Positions 28,170 through 39,662 of a stretch of DNA of 64,000 bases are shown piece after piece. Under the pieces are notes generated by a model. It was not told the DNA's origin. It made no database searches and saw only the letters and a program-made list of their open reading frames with translations. Where the stretch lies: the NCBI RefSeq assembly GCF_018350175.1, contig NC_058382.1, positions 51,214,001 through 51,278,000 of the forward strand, given 5' to 3'. The stretch's first letter is position 1. Each line of letters opens with the position of its first letter. This DNA comes from Felis catus. Its lineage: Eukaryota. The translations under genes and the position numbers were made by a program.

Positions 28170-30015
28170 TCAGCTCAGGTCATGATCTCACGATTTCGTG
28201 AGATTTCGTGAATTTGAACCCCATGTTGACCTCTGCACTGGCAGCATGGAGCCTGCTTGGGATTCTGTCTCTCCCTCTCTCTCTCTCTCTCTCTTTCTGC
28301 CCTTCTCCCACTCACAATGTCTCTGTCTCTCCCAAAATAAATAAATAAACTTAAAAAAAAAGAGCAGAGATCATGTTTTTCCTAAAATTTTTCCTGTTTA
28401 CTTTTATTTATATTCTTAGCCTGATTTATAGGAAAATTAGATGCAAAATGAAGATAACTGAATCCTCTATGAGCATTTGATGTGCATGACGGCCATTTTC
28501 AGTTCTTGTGTCCTCATCTGCTTTACGTGTCCCTGCTGACATCACCACTACCCAAGTATCAGTATAATATTGACATGACAGAACATGGAAGTATATTCAA
28601 GATCCCTCAAAAATTTTCCTTTAATCACTCTGTGGAAAACAATGTTGAAATGAATAAAACTAACCTCAAACTACCTTAATCAAATCCAAGACATATTTCT
28701 TCCAGGTTATGACGTCTTGGAACAGGACACTTATCTCTGATCCTGAAAATACAGAGTTAAAATTAAAACATGGAAAGCACATGGAGAAGAAGTATGTGGC
28801 ACACATTAATGACTCAATATACGTTGCTGGTTTTGTTTTTGTAAATCTTCAAAATAATTATGTATTAGCTCCTCTTACCGCTGTGACAAGGCACCACAGC
28901 CTTTGCTGTGACAAGGCACCACAGCCTTAGCACAACACAAATCGGGGTGCCTGGGTGGCTTAGTAGGTTGAGTGTCCGACTCTTGATTTTGGCTCAGGTC
29001 ATGATCCCAGGGTTGTGGGATTGAGCCCTGTGTCAAGCTCTGCGCTGAGCGCGGAACCTACTTACGATTCTCTCTCTCTCCCTCTGCCCCTCTCCCCTGC
29101 TCTCTCTACCTAAAATAAAAAATAAAATAAAACAACATGAATGTATTATCTTATAGTTTTGTAGGTCAGAAGTCCAAAACAGGTCTAACCAGGCTAACAC
29201 CAAGGTATTAACGGTGTTGCTTTCCCTCTGGAGATCCTAGGGAAGAATCTGTTTCCTTGTTTTTTGAGGATTCTATAGGACACTGTCATTTCTTGGCTTT
29301 TGGACCTCTTCATCTTCAAAGCAAGGAACATAGCATCTCTCTGATGTCCTTCTTTCATTGTTAAATCTCATTTTGAGTACAGCCAGGATAGGTTCTATTT
29401 TTAGGACTTGTATTTTAAGATTGGCCCAATCTGTGTAGTCCAGAAAACCTCTTCCTTCTATAGATCCTCAAACTTAATCACATGTGCAAAGTCCCTTCTG
29501 CCACGTAAGATGACACTGACTGGATTCAGGAGAAAAAGTAGAAGTTGTTAGGGGTTATTGTTCTTCTTACTTTCATCACGCTGTATTAGGAATAAAATTG
29601 CAGGAGTAATTAACATTGCTTTACAAATGAAATTCTGACTCATTAAAAAAGAAAACCCTCCAAAGTATGAATTGTCTAACCCTGCTTTGCTAGAAAATCT
29701 TTATTTTAAAGCACTATGAATTTAAATTATATAAATAAAAAAGAATGAGGTGGGAAGAGCAATTGAGTGAAGGTATAGATAGAATCTGTCAACATGACGA
29801 GATTTTTTTTTTCAACATTTATTTATTTTGGGGACAGAGAGAGACACAGCATGAATGGGGGAGGGGCAGAGAGAGAGGGAGACACAGATACGGAAACAGG
29901 CTCCAGGCTCTGAGCCATCAGCCCAGAGCCCGACGCGGGGCTCGAACTCACGGACCGCGAGATCGTGACCTGGCTGAAGTCGGACGCTTAACCGACTGTG
30001 CCACCCAGGCGCCCC
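28170..30015. mobile_element. Can-SINE 28170-28358 (+), MLT1 LTR ~28860-29560 with a nested SINE, young feline SINE 29803-30015 (-)
   Basis: Consensus matches. Confidence 0.82.
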
Positions 30016-30149
30016 TTGACATTCCTTGTAATTTATTGATATTTGAACTTCCTTGAGTTTATTGATGCATCCTCCAGAGAAAGAATTGTGTACACATCTA
30101 CTTATTGCAACAAACCACCTCTCATTCACTGCAGCACCCAGACCAAGAG

Positions 30150-31310
30150 AAAGTCATGAAGGTACTTGAAATGCTTCAGTGACTCATGGGCTGCAGGAAG
30201 GACTAAGCACTCCTTGGGAATGTCATGGTCTTAGACCTTCGGATGTGCATGAGATGGCATGATGTGGGAGAACTGGAAGATGCGTTCAGCCTTGACACCA
30301 GGAGGTGCAAGTGCTGGTCTCTTCCAGGTGTAGGGGGCACAGCAAGCCATCAGGAAGGATGGGGTGCACAGCGACATTACATTATGATGTGAACCGAAGT
30401 CATATAAGAGCCATAACAATATGGGGAGTGAAGGAACCTCAGCAAAGTTAACCCCCAACCCTCTTTCCCTGAGTCCGACTCCTTTCTGAATAGAGAAATG
30501 GGGTGAGTCAAGCGCACAGTGGCTGGGCCAACAGCCAACAGAGAAGGAGCATTGTTCAGGTTAAGGGAGTAAGAAACATGGAGAGGAAACAGACAATAAG
30601 GAAGTAAAAACCAGCACTGGGGACTGGCGACAGAAACTGTGGAGAGGTTACTCAAACTAGGGTTACATCCTTCGCCACCTTGTTGCACAACCTTCTGTCT
30701 GGTCTTTGTTGACCTCTCTGCGAGAAATCATATCATACCAGGTCGGGTGTAATTTATTACCACCCAAATCACCATGCAGGAACAGATGCTACAGCATACA
30801 GCAAAAGGGGTCAGTGCAGTGTGTCCAGATGTCCACTGACAGGCACACACTGCTTGGAGGTCGTAGGTGGTCAGTCCCAGAGGCTCAGACGTCCTGATGC
30901 AGGTACCAAAGGAGCCCAGGGCTGCCAGAGCTGTGAATACAGCTACCAGGGGGTGATTCAGTGGGTGAAATGCCTGCAGCGACGGGCACTGTGGTGACTC
31001 GATGCCTGCATGGGACCCAGGATGCAGGAGTCTGTTCTGTGAGATAATATGACAAGAAACCTGGCAGGGGTCAGCACACCCCCAGAGAGGAAATCTCTGT
31101 AGGAAAGCCAAACTCATTGATCTTATAATACAGAATCACTGACTTAGCTAATTTGAAGAGATCGTTTGTCCCTCGGCCCTTCTGATCATCTATGAGGAGA
31201 AAGCGTGTGGGGGAACAGAAAAGAAACTAAAGAACTTTAGTGGAGCAGGCAAAAGAGCCCTGATACTTCACCAGGACTGGTTGGGTGCCGGAGCCCCTCC
31301 TGTGTCCCTC
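30150..31310 (-). pseudogene. Unidentified gene family, copy 5; exon A 31189-31080, exon B from 30893
   Basis: ctcatag|MIRRAEG..., frameshifted YKINEFGFP, SEPL motif, HHNVMSLCTP segment shared with copy 6. Confidence 0.6.
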
Positions 31311-31829
31311 AGCCACAGCGGTCGAGGGGGTGTGGGGGACTTAAGGATGGGAAAGTGTCCTTGGGTTCTATTCCTCTTGTCAAACACCTGCAGCTGCGTT
31401 TTTCACCCATTCTCTGACATCAGTATTTATCTGTATAGTGACACCAGCAGAGTATCACTGTAACATGGCCAAACATGGAATAGAGAGACTTGCAACAACT
31501 TTCTGTTTAATCACCCAGGGTAGAACAATGTAGACATGAATGGAGCCAGGCGTGAAACTACCCTACGACGAAACCTAGGCTATGTTCCTTCCTAGGTGTC
31601 TTTCCTCAGGACAGGACATTCATCCCCTCTGTCCCTCAGATTCTTTAATGCGATAGGAGAATAACTTTGTCATCCAACATCACCGGGAATACAGTGTTAA
31701 GTAACTTAAAGCACACAGAACACACAGGGCTGTGCTGGGTACATGTTAATCCCTCAGTGCCTGTTGCTATTATGATTGTTGTTACGAATTGCTTCATATT
31801 ATTATATGCTAGTTTACTCTTGCTACGTA

Positions 31830-32280
31830 TACACCATAATACCACAACCTTAGCTACACAAATAACACGGATTTAATATCGTACATTTCTGTATGTCAGA
31901 GCCTCAACCAGGCTCAAATCAACATATGAGCAATTCTGCCTTCTCTTCTGGAGGCTCTTCTGGAGTATCTGTGCTTTGTGACATTTCAGAGGCTGACAGC
32001 ATTCCTTAGCTCTTGGCCTCCTGTGTTCATTTTCAAAGCCAACCGTGTAGAATCTCTTTGATTCATTCCATTTCCATAACTGTTTAGGATTCAATTTGGG
32101 AAATGTTCTCCACATTTAAGGACTCATATCATTACACTGAGCCACTGGATAACCCAGGGTAAATCTCAATTCAAATACCTTCACCTAATCATGACTGCAA
32201 AGCCCCATTTACCATGTTAGGCCATATATTCACAGGTTCAAGGGATTGAGATGTGGGCACTTTTAGAGAGCCATTATTTT
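31830..32280. mobile_element. MLT1 LTR in a paralogous context to the ~28860-29560 copy
   Basis: MLT1 motifs; same downstream flank attaggaataaaattgcag. Confidence 0.7.
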
Positions 32281-32377
32281 GAATGCTCAATGTTACTAAT
32301 ACTAATATTTATTAGGAATAAAATTGCAGTGATAAATAATAAGCCTTTACAAATGAGGTTCTACCCCCATTTAAGCT

Positions 32378-32387
32378 GAAAGAAGGA

Positions 32388-32431
<44 letters not shown>

Positions 32432-32540
32432 AGAAAAAAGGAAGGAAGGAAGGAAAAAGAAAAAGAAGAAAGGAGGAAAGGAAGAAAGGAAGGAAGAAGG
32501 AAAGGAAAGAAGGAAGGAGGGAAGAAGAAAGGCAGGAAGA
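32378..32540 (+). repeat. (GAAA)n/(GGAA)n purine-rich microsatellite
   Basis: Seen directly. Confidence 0.95.
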
Positions 32541-33249
32541 ACTGGGGCGCTTTCTGGAGGAGGAGAGCCTATGAACCCAACCAGGCCTTCCCCTCAAGGC
32601 TGGGCAGACACTCAGTGGATGGTCTTCCCCAGGCTCTCAGTGCACCTCCACAAATAGTCATGAGATCGCACACAAGTCAGTAATTGTGTCTGTTCACCCC
32701 ACCTCACCCCAGTGCCGGGATGGCCACACAGCAGGCTCACCCTGGGTCAGGCCATGCTCTATTGTGGAAAAGAAGTCTGGATTTAGTCTTTAAAGGGGGA
32801 CCTCTTCTGCTTCCTTCTGAGCCATCTGCCCTACACTAGCAGTCTTGTATTCCTTGTTTCAAAACAGGAGATCAACCTCCCCAACCCACGACTAGGGCCA
32901 GACATATAGGGGAATGTCACAGGCATGTTGGAAAAAATCATCACAGTTCTGGTACCAACACTTGTCCTGCCCATGCCCTTCGGGCATGTGTATCCTCTGT
33001 GGAGACAGAGTCCTCGACCTTGGACTGGGCCCACCACAAGTCCAGAGTCCTCTTCTTGGAGCCACAGGGATTTTGACATTTGTAACCAAAACTACTATAA
33101 CATTGTATGCTAACTATACTTCAGTCAAGAAAAAAGAGAGAGAGAGAAAAAAAAAAAAAACATTAAGCAGTGTTCATGCCTTTCCTGTTGTGGTCTTAGC
33201 TCGGAGTTGTCTGTATCTCACACTCTCTTTAGGTACACAGTCTTATTGC

Positions 33250-36130
33250 CCCTAGTGGGGAGAGATGGTGTGATTTCAAGCAAAAAGGAACAGACACAGG
33301 GATATGGTTCTTAGATGAAGGAGAGACTGAAGGAGGTTACAAAAAGGAATTGAGTGAAGTTACAGAGGGTGTTTCTGGACAGGTGAGGGCTTTTTTTTTT
33401 TTTTAATCCAGGATCTTGGTAAAGTTTAATGATATACAAACTATATTAAGAAATGTGTTTGTGCGACAGGGGTACATCTGTGTGAGTTTTTTTGTTAAGT
33501 TTATATTCACTCCTATGGGACATGGTACCATCAACGGGTAGCATCTTGCTACCAGAGCAAGAGAAAGTCCATGGAGAACACCTCAAAAACAACAGTACTT
33601 GATGGTGCTAGTAAGGTGGCATGGTTTGGAAAGGATGTTGACATCCGTAGTCTGGTAGAATTGTGGGAACTAGCATGTTTGCTGGGGAGGGTTGCTTGTT
33701 TGGAGAGAATGGTGGCTCTGAGTAATTTGTCAGTTCATATTTTGGGAAAGTTTGGATATGTTGATTTAAGGAAGGCAGGAAATTGAAAGTGACTGTGGGT
33801 TTGAGGATTTTGATGGACTTGGAGATTTGGCACTGGGGACATGTGGAATTAGGGGGACGGGCTTTTGAATAAATTCGCCATTTGGGGCTTGCAAAATTTG
33901 GTGGATTGGTTCAGGGCTTGATAAACTTGAAGTTATGAGATTGGTGGTTTGGGGGAGATAAGTAGACATGGGGATTTGAGCTTCATGGAAAATTTGGGAC
34001 TTGAGGAGCTTGAAAAATTTGGAAATATTGAGGCCTTGAGGGAGGACAAAGGTTTGGAGAGTTTGAGGGGTTTGAGCACGTGGGTATATTCCGGCAGTAT
34101 GGTGTGTTTAGGAAGTTTGCAGGGTTGGGGAGGCTGAGTGGCATAAGGATATTGGTGGGTTTGGGGCAGTTGATGGGCATGGGGCACTGTTGAGCTTGAG
34201 GAGGTTGATGAGCATGAAACATCGGTGAATTTGGGGAATCTGAGGTTTTGGTGTGTTTGGTTTTAGAGGCTAGAGTTTTTGGAAGATTGCTGATTTGTGG
34301 AAGGTGGCAGCTTCAGGGGTGTGGGTAGATTCATGGATGCTGGGTTGTATGGCATGATTAGGTGCTTTGGACATTTTCTTGGCTTGGAAGAGTGAGAGTT
34401 CTGGGAACACTGGTGGGTGTGGTGAAGGTGGGGTTTGGGAGAGGTTATCAGATTTGGGGAGGAATAGTGTTTGGGGAAGTTTTTGAAATTGGCAACATTG
34501 AATGTTTTATGGAGGTTGATGACTTAAGGTGTGCTTAACGGCTTGGTTAAACGAGATTTGAGTATTTCAGAAAAGTGAAGAAATTGGTTGCCTTGTGCAG
34601 GATGGTAGGCTTGGGAATGGGGTTAGACCTCTGTTGGGTGAAAGAGAGTGGAGTGCAGAAGGCTATGAACTTGTGATTCCATTTACATCGATTAGTTCCA
34701 TAGGGTAGGCTAATCTTGTTCAAGTTTTGCACTTGATGGATGCAGGACAGGGGGTGTTCAATTCAAAACTACGTATCTAGGAAAGCATCCAACCCTTTCC
34801 CCATGGAAGAGTGTGGTAAATGTAGCTAAGATCATCATACCTCTGTTCCTTATTTCTATTCCCAACCCAGTTTGGAGAAGATAATAAGATCAGGGGAATC
34901 AAAGACAAGAAGAGTGGCAAGATAGAGAAAGAAGAGGCAAAGAACTGGGGGCAGGGAGAAAGGGCTGAAGAGACAGAGCAGAGAACAAACAGCAAGACAT
35001 GGCAGGGAACAAAAAGTAGGAGCAGGGAGCAGTGGTACAAATCAGAGAAGAGAGCATGGAACAAGGTGAGCGCGCATAGACAAGAGAGAAGAAGCTGGGA
35101 ACAGAAGAGGGATAGGAAATAGGGAAATGAAAACCATAAATGTTCCTGCACTGCAGGTACAGCTGAGGGAGCCAATCACAGCACAGATACACTACAAGTT
35201 GCCTTGTTTTTGCACATAGTTGTGTTCTTCTTCCACTCCAATTTCCACTGTATATATTCAAATTCAATTTCCCAGCACTCAGGAAGTCTAGAATCGTGGG
35301 AGAGTTATCACAATGTATCCAGAGAGTTACAGGTAGGTTCCTAGTGTGGTATATGCATTGTCGGTTCCAGAGGCTCAAGACAACCTGGGACAAGTTTAGA
35401 AGTAGGAATGGTTGTACAGCCCTGGGAACAATGTGCTAGTGACCTCATGGAAAAAAATAAAAAAATCCTTAGAAAGGCACTCTTTCCAGGACTTGTGGGT
35501 AGAGCCCAGTAAGGAAATGTTTGTGCAGAAGATGAGAGGGCACCTTGAGATTGAGTTTAAGATTGATCAACTCACCCGAAATGCAGAATTTCTCACTGGG
35601 GATGCACACTTTGGATGTAAGCACAATTATTCATTCTCCTTAGCAGCCATATAAATAAACTCAAATACCCTTCGGTTGCCTTAATCCTCTGCAATGAATT
35701 GAAAAGTTTTTGTATGAGCCCAGGATACTTACTATGGTCTCCAAGATTCACTGGACTCCAGAACTTACCCCATCTATTCTTGCCGGAGCTGTTTTTTAAT
35801 GCCTTGTATTTTGGAGGGAATCTGGGTGTGGGAAGAGTTGATTTGTTTACCTGGGGATGTTGATTCAGCCAACATGACAAGGAGCTTGGAATTAAGCACA
35901 CCACGCAGAGAGAAAGGAAGTCGCAATTCAGGGAACCCCTGTCGGGAAGGCAGGGAAGAGTTTACTCTTCAATCTCCTGAAGACAAAGTGATCAGAGATC
36001 AAGTCTATTTCTCCTATGATTCCCCAGTGTAGATGGAGATCAGGAACTCACTCCGCGGTTCCTCAAGGGCTTTGCCCCACCGCTCCAGCCCAGGTTAAGA
36101 ACAAATCCAGTCCAGGCAATCTTTCTAAAC
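33250..36130 (-). pseudogene. Unidentified gene family, copy 6 (most complete); ATG 35875, mini-exons 35875-35851 and 35788-35769, exon A 35688-35576, exon B ~35384-35193, large 3' region ~34870-33250
   Basis: Splices in frame to MLAESTSP-APARIDG-RIKATEG, then frameshifts; GT donors at 36051, 35850, 35768 and 35575. Confidence 0.68.
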
Positions 36131-37330
36131 CAGGTGTACACCCTCTAGGGGGCGGGTCCCCAGGGGCGAAGGCGTTTCGCCTCCCCTAGCCCAGCCAATG
36201 GTGGCACGCAGAGGCCGGAGGGGCATTTTCCTCAACCAACCAGTGCTCCGCGGCCGTTCAAAGCCACGCCCCCATGCCCCTGCCTTAGGCGGATACTCCT
36301 AAACCTGCAGCTCAGCCTACCGTTGTTTCGGAAATGAGGTCTGCCTGACCTTTTGTGAGTCTGGGCAAGCTCTGGGCCGCCTGCACGTGGCCTTTGTAAG
36401 CTCACTCCCCCCTCGTCATGAGCACGTCCACGGTTCGCGCTTCCCTATTTCCAGAGTCCGCCGAGCCCTTTGCCCGGCTGACTGCAGACGGACCCACGAA
36501 TACTTCCTACTTCTGAGAAGCCCGCCTCTCGCCTTAGCAGCCAAGTCCCATAGGTTGGCCAGGCTGCGCACAGCGCTCCGATTGGAAGGCGGGGGGGGGC
36601 TGTCCGTCAATCATTTCCTCAATGCACAGACTACTCCACTCCACCTTCATCCCCTCGCTTTCTCGGGTGGATAAGGGAGCGTGAAGTTGCCTCTGTTCTG
36701 GCGGAGCACCACTATTGGTCGGGCACCAGTATCCATCATGACAGACTGCCAAAGTCCTCGAATGAAGAGGGACATCGGCTTGAGCCTACGATTGGGCCCG
36801 GGGATATGTCAGTCAAGATGGGCGGGTGTAATCTCAAGCCAGTGCACAGTACTGGTAGAGATGGGCGGCCAGAATACCGGCGGAAGCGCTGAAGGAGAGC
36901 CGGTTTCTCTTGATTGGGCCATGAGGGAGGCAGTGCCGCCCTCCGACTCCGGATTGGCTGAACGTGAGCCGCGCCCCCCTCACGCCGGCAGCCTTCTGTA
37001 GGAGAAGCGGGCCCGGCTCGCCTGTGTCAGCCGGGCCAGCCACTGCGGTTATAGGCGGCTCTCCGGGTCCCTAACCGGAGCGACGTAAATCTGGGAGGGG
37101 CGCGCGTCATCTCAACGGTGCGGGGACACCAGTAGGCGGCGGGAGAGAGGGCTGCGGCGCAGCGGAGAGCGAATAAGGCGCCTCAACCGGAATCGTCTTG
37201 GGAGCGACGTCGCACCCGGAAGTGTGGCAAGACGGACGCCGCACCCGGAAGTGTGATGCTACGGCGGCTTGAGAAGTGATGGTACCCGGCCAATTGAGAT
37301 ACGGGGTTAAAACAGGTGTGTATGTATCTT
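36100..37330. promoter_or_regulatory. CpG-island promoter of MON1B with tandem ETS/GABP sites, CCAAT boxes and a CTCF-like motif
   Basis: High CpG density; CGCACCCGGAAGTGTG at 37211 and 37240; ATTGG at 36581, 36714, 36791, 36913 and 36953; CCTCTAGGGGGCG at 36142. Confidence 0.85.
37200..37315 (+). other. MON1B: MON1B probable exon 1 (5' UTR); start approximate, donor CAG|GTGTGT inferred
   Basis: Lies in the CpG-rich promoter; best donor-like site upstream of the exon 2 acceptor at 37530. Confidence 0.6.
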
Positions 37331-37540
37331 TATTTTCTAAGGCCCAGTGGGACCTCCCTTTTCGGAAAATGTTGGAGGGTGCGCGTATTTGGCATGTTTT
37401 TGACTGTTTCATCCTGTTGAAATCCGACGGGAAATGAGCACTAGGAATGTGTCCGAGGGGGCCAGGCTCAGTAGAGGCTTTTAAGAACTTTCTTTTGCCG
37501 CCTGTCACCTTCAATTCTTCTACCCCACAGGGATGTGCAG

Positions 37541-37688
37541 ATGGAGGCTGGAGGTGACACTACTGGCCCACCCCCTGGGGACGTGGAGGACTTGGAGGAC
37601 ACTCGGTTTCCCAGTGAGGTGGCAGGAGACGGTGGAGGGCTTCGCGAAGACCCACCGGATCCTGGAGATGGGGACCAGGAGGAAACAG
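37541..37688 (+). CDS. MON1B: MON1B coding exon 1 (exon begins 37531), MEAGGDTTGPPPGDVEDLEDTRFPSE...
   Basis: Acceptor ccccacag at 37530, ATG at 37541, donor CAG|GTATGC; 148 nt; matches the MON1B N-terminus as recalled. Confidence 0.93.
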
Positions 37689-39662
37689 GTATGCCTTCCC
37701 CTCATTCGGGTCTTGGAAGGAATCCCTACGGAGTGTCTTTGTTGAGGGAGGTCAATGGAGGACCAGCGAAGAGTCTTTTGGGACTCAGGAAAGTAGCTTA
37801 AACCATAGCAGGATCAGTAGGAGGTCATTGTGGACACACGGTGTAATTTAAATCATGGAGGAATGACAAGGAAATCCGTGGGTATCAGGGGTTGTTCCCT
37901 GGGGCCTTGGTGTGAGTTCAGGTCTTTGATGAATCAAGAAGAGATTGGGGTCACAGAGGGGCATGGGGATTTAGGATGTTTAGGTCAATGAATGACCAAA
38001 AGAAAGTTAATACAGTCGCAGGGGAACTATTTAGAAGTCAGTGTCTTTGGTGGCTAAGGTGTTATGTAAGTCCTTGCGGTGGGAAAGGGGATCAGTGGTG
38101 ACCAGTGGGCACTCAGTGTTTTCATCATTGAGGAATCAATGGTGAGTTGTTGGGGGCAGTCTTTAAGGAAACAGAAATTAGTGGATGTTAATGGTGATCA
38201 TCGGTAGGGAGGCCATGGACATCAATGAGTTTATTTGGAGACTGAGATGACCTATAGGAGAGGCTTTGAAGACCCAGCTGGATGTGTAAAGGTATTTGGT
38301 GGAGACACAATGGGAGTCTTTGGGGAATCGATGTTCACTGACCACTTTGGAATGAGTGGATGTTAGTGGCATCATCAGGAAGGATGAGTGGACATCACTG
38401 AGAATAAATGGTGGTGGTAGGGGGTAGTGTCTTTGAGAACTTGGGAATTACTATCAATTAATGGCAGGTACTGGGAGGAGGTAATTGGTAACTGAGTACA
38501 TGGGGGATCAGTGAATGTCAACCAGAGAATGAGGGAATATGTGGTCACTGGGATTTTATGGGAAAATTGTTGAGACATACTTACCAATGGATAATAATGG
38601 TTGTCATTGAGGGATGAATGGATATTGACTGGAATAAAAGGGAGGAGTGTCAAGGGAGTCAGTAGGGGGCAGTGAAGTCCTGGGTTTTATTGGTGATTAT
38701 TAATGATGGTCATGAAGAAAGTCATTATTATTGTCCTGTGTGTTAGTGTATATTATAGTGGGTATTGTGAGGAAGAGAGTAGCTATCCGTGAAAATAAAG
38801 GGAGGTCAGGGAAATCAGAGGAGGTCACTGAAGTCCCGGGTGTTAGTGGAGATTAATAGTAGTCACTGGAGTGAAGGGAGAATGGAATAACAGGGTCAGA
38901 AGAGTCAGTGGAGGTCATATGAAGTCTCAGATGTTAGTAGAGGTCGATGGTGGTCATGGTGGGGATGAAGTGCCCATGGAGTAAAATATTTTAGATTGTG
39001 TGACAGGGCAGTCATTGGAGGAATTAGTGATATTGTGGGGTCACTGGGATGTTAGTGAACAGCAGTGGGAGTAAATAGTGGATTAAGGAAGGCTTAAAGA
39101 TCTGGGTGTTAGTGGATATTCATGGCCGTCATTGGGAGAGTTAGTGGTTATCATCAAAAATATACATAGGTGACCAGAAGAGTCAGTGAGGTTATTAGGG
39201 ATCAGTGAACATTGATGAGAATAAATAAGAGGTTAGGGAGGAGTGGGGCAGGGCGAAGGATTTAAATGAGAGAATATAGAGATATTAGTAGATGGCCAAT
39301 GAGGGGTGAGTAGGTACTAGGAGAATAAATGAGGGGTCAGAGGTTTTAGTGGGGAATCACTGAAGATGGAAATATTAATAACGGTCATTCAGAGGCACTG
39401 GGGTGCTTTGAAGACTTGGAAATGGCAGTTACTGAAAGAATAAAGAGTCTCTAGGGACATAGTTCAATAATGACAATGAGAGATTGGATTGTTGGGGTTT
39501 TAGAAGGATCTCTTAGGTGTCATTGAGAGGCAGAGGAGACACCTGGAGGTCTGTGTCAGCAGCAAGGGTCACTGGGGAGCCGGTGGAGATTTGGTAAATC
39601 CTTGGGTACCTGGAGTTAGTGGGAGTCCACAGCCAGATGACCCACCAGGAGTTCTTTTTCAG

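Noticed and set aside
29745..30129. ORFs of ~100 aa here and at 14679, 46809 and 62282
   Set aside because: Translations of Can-SINE sequence.
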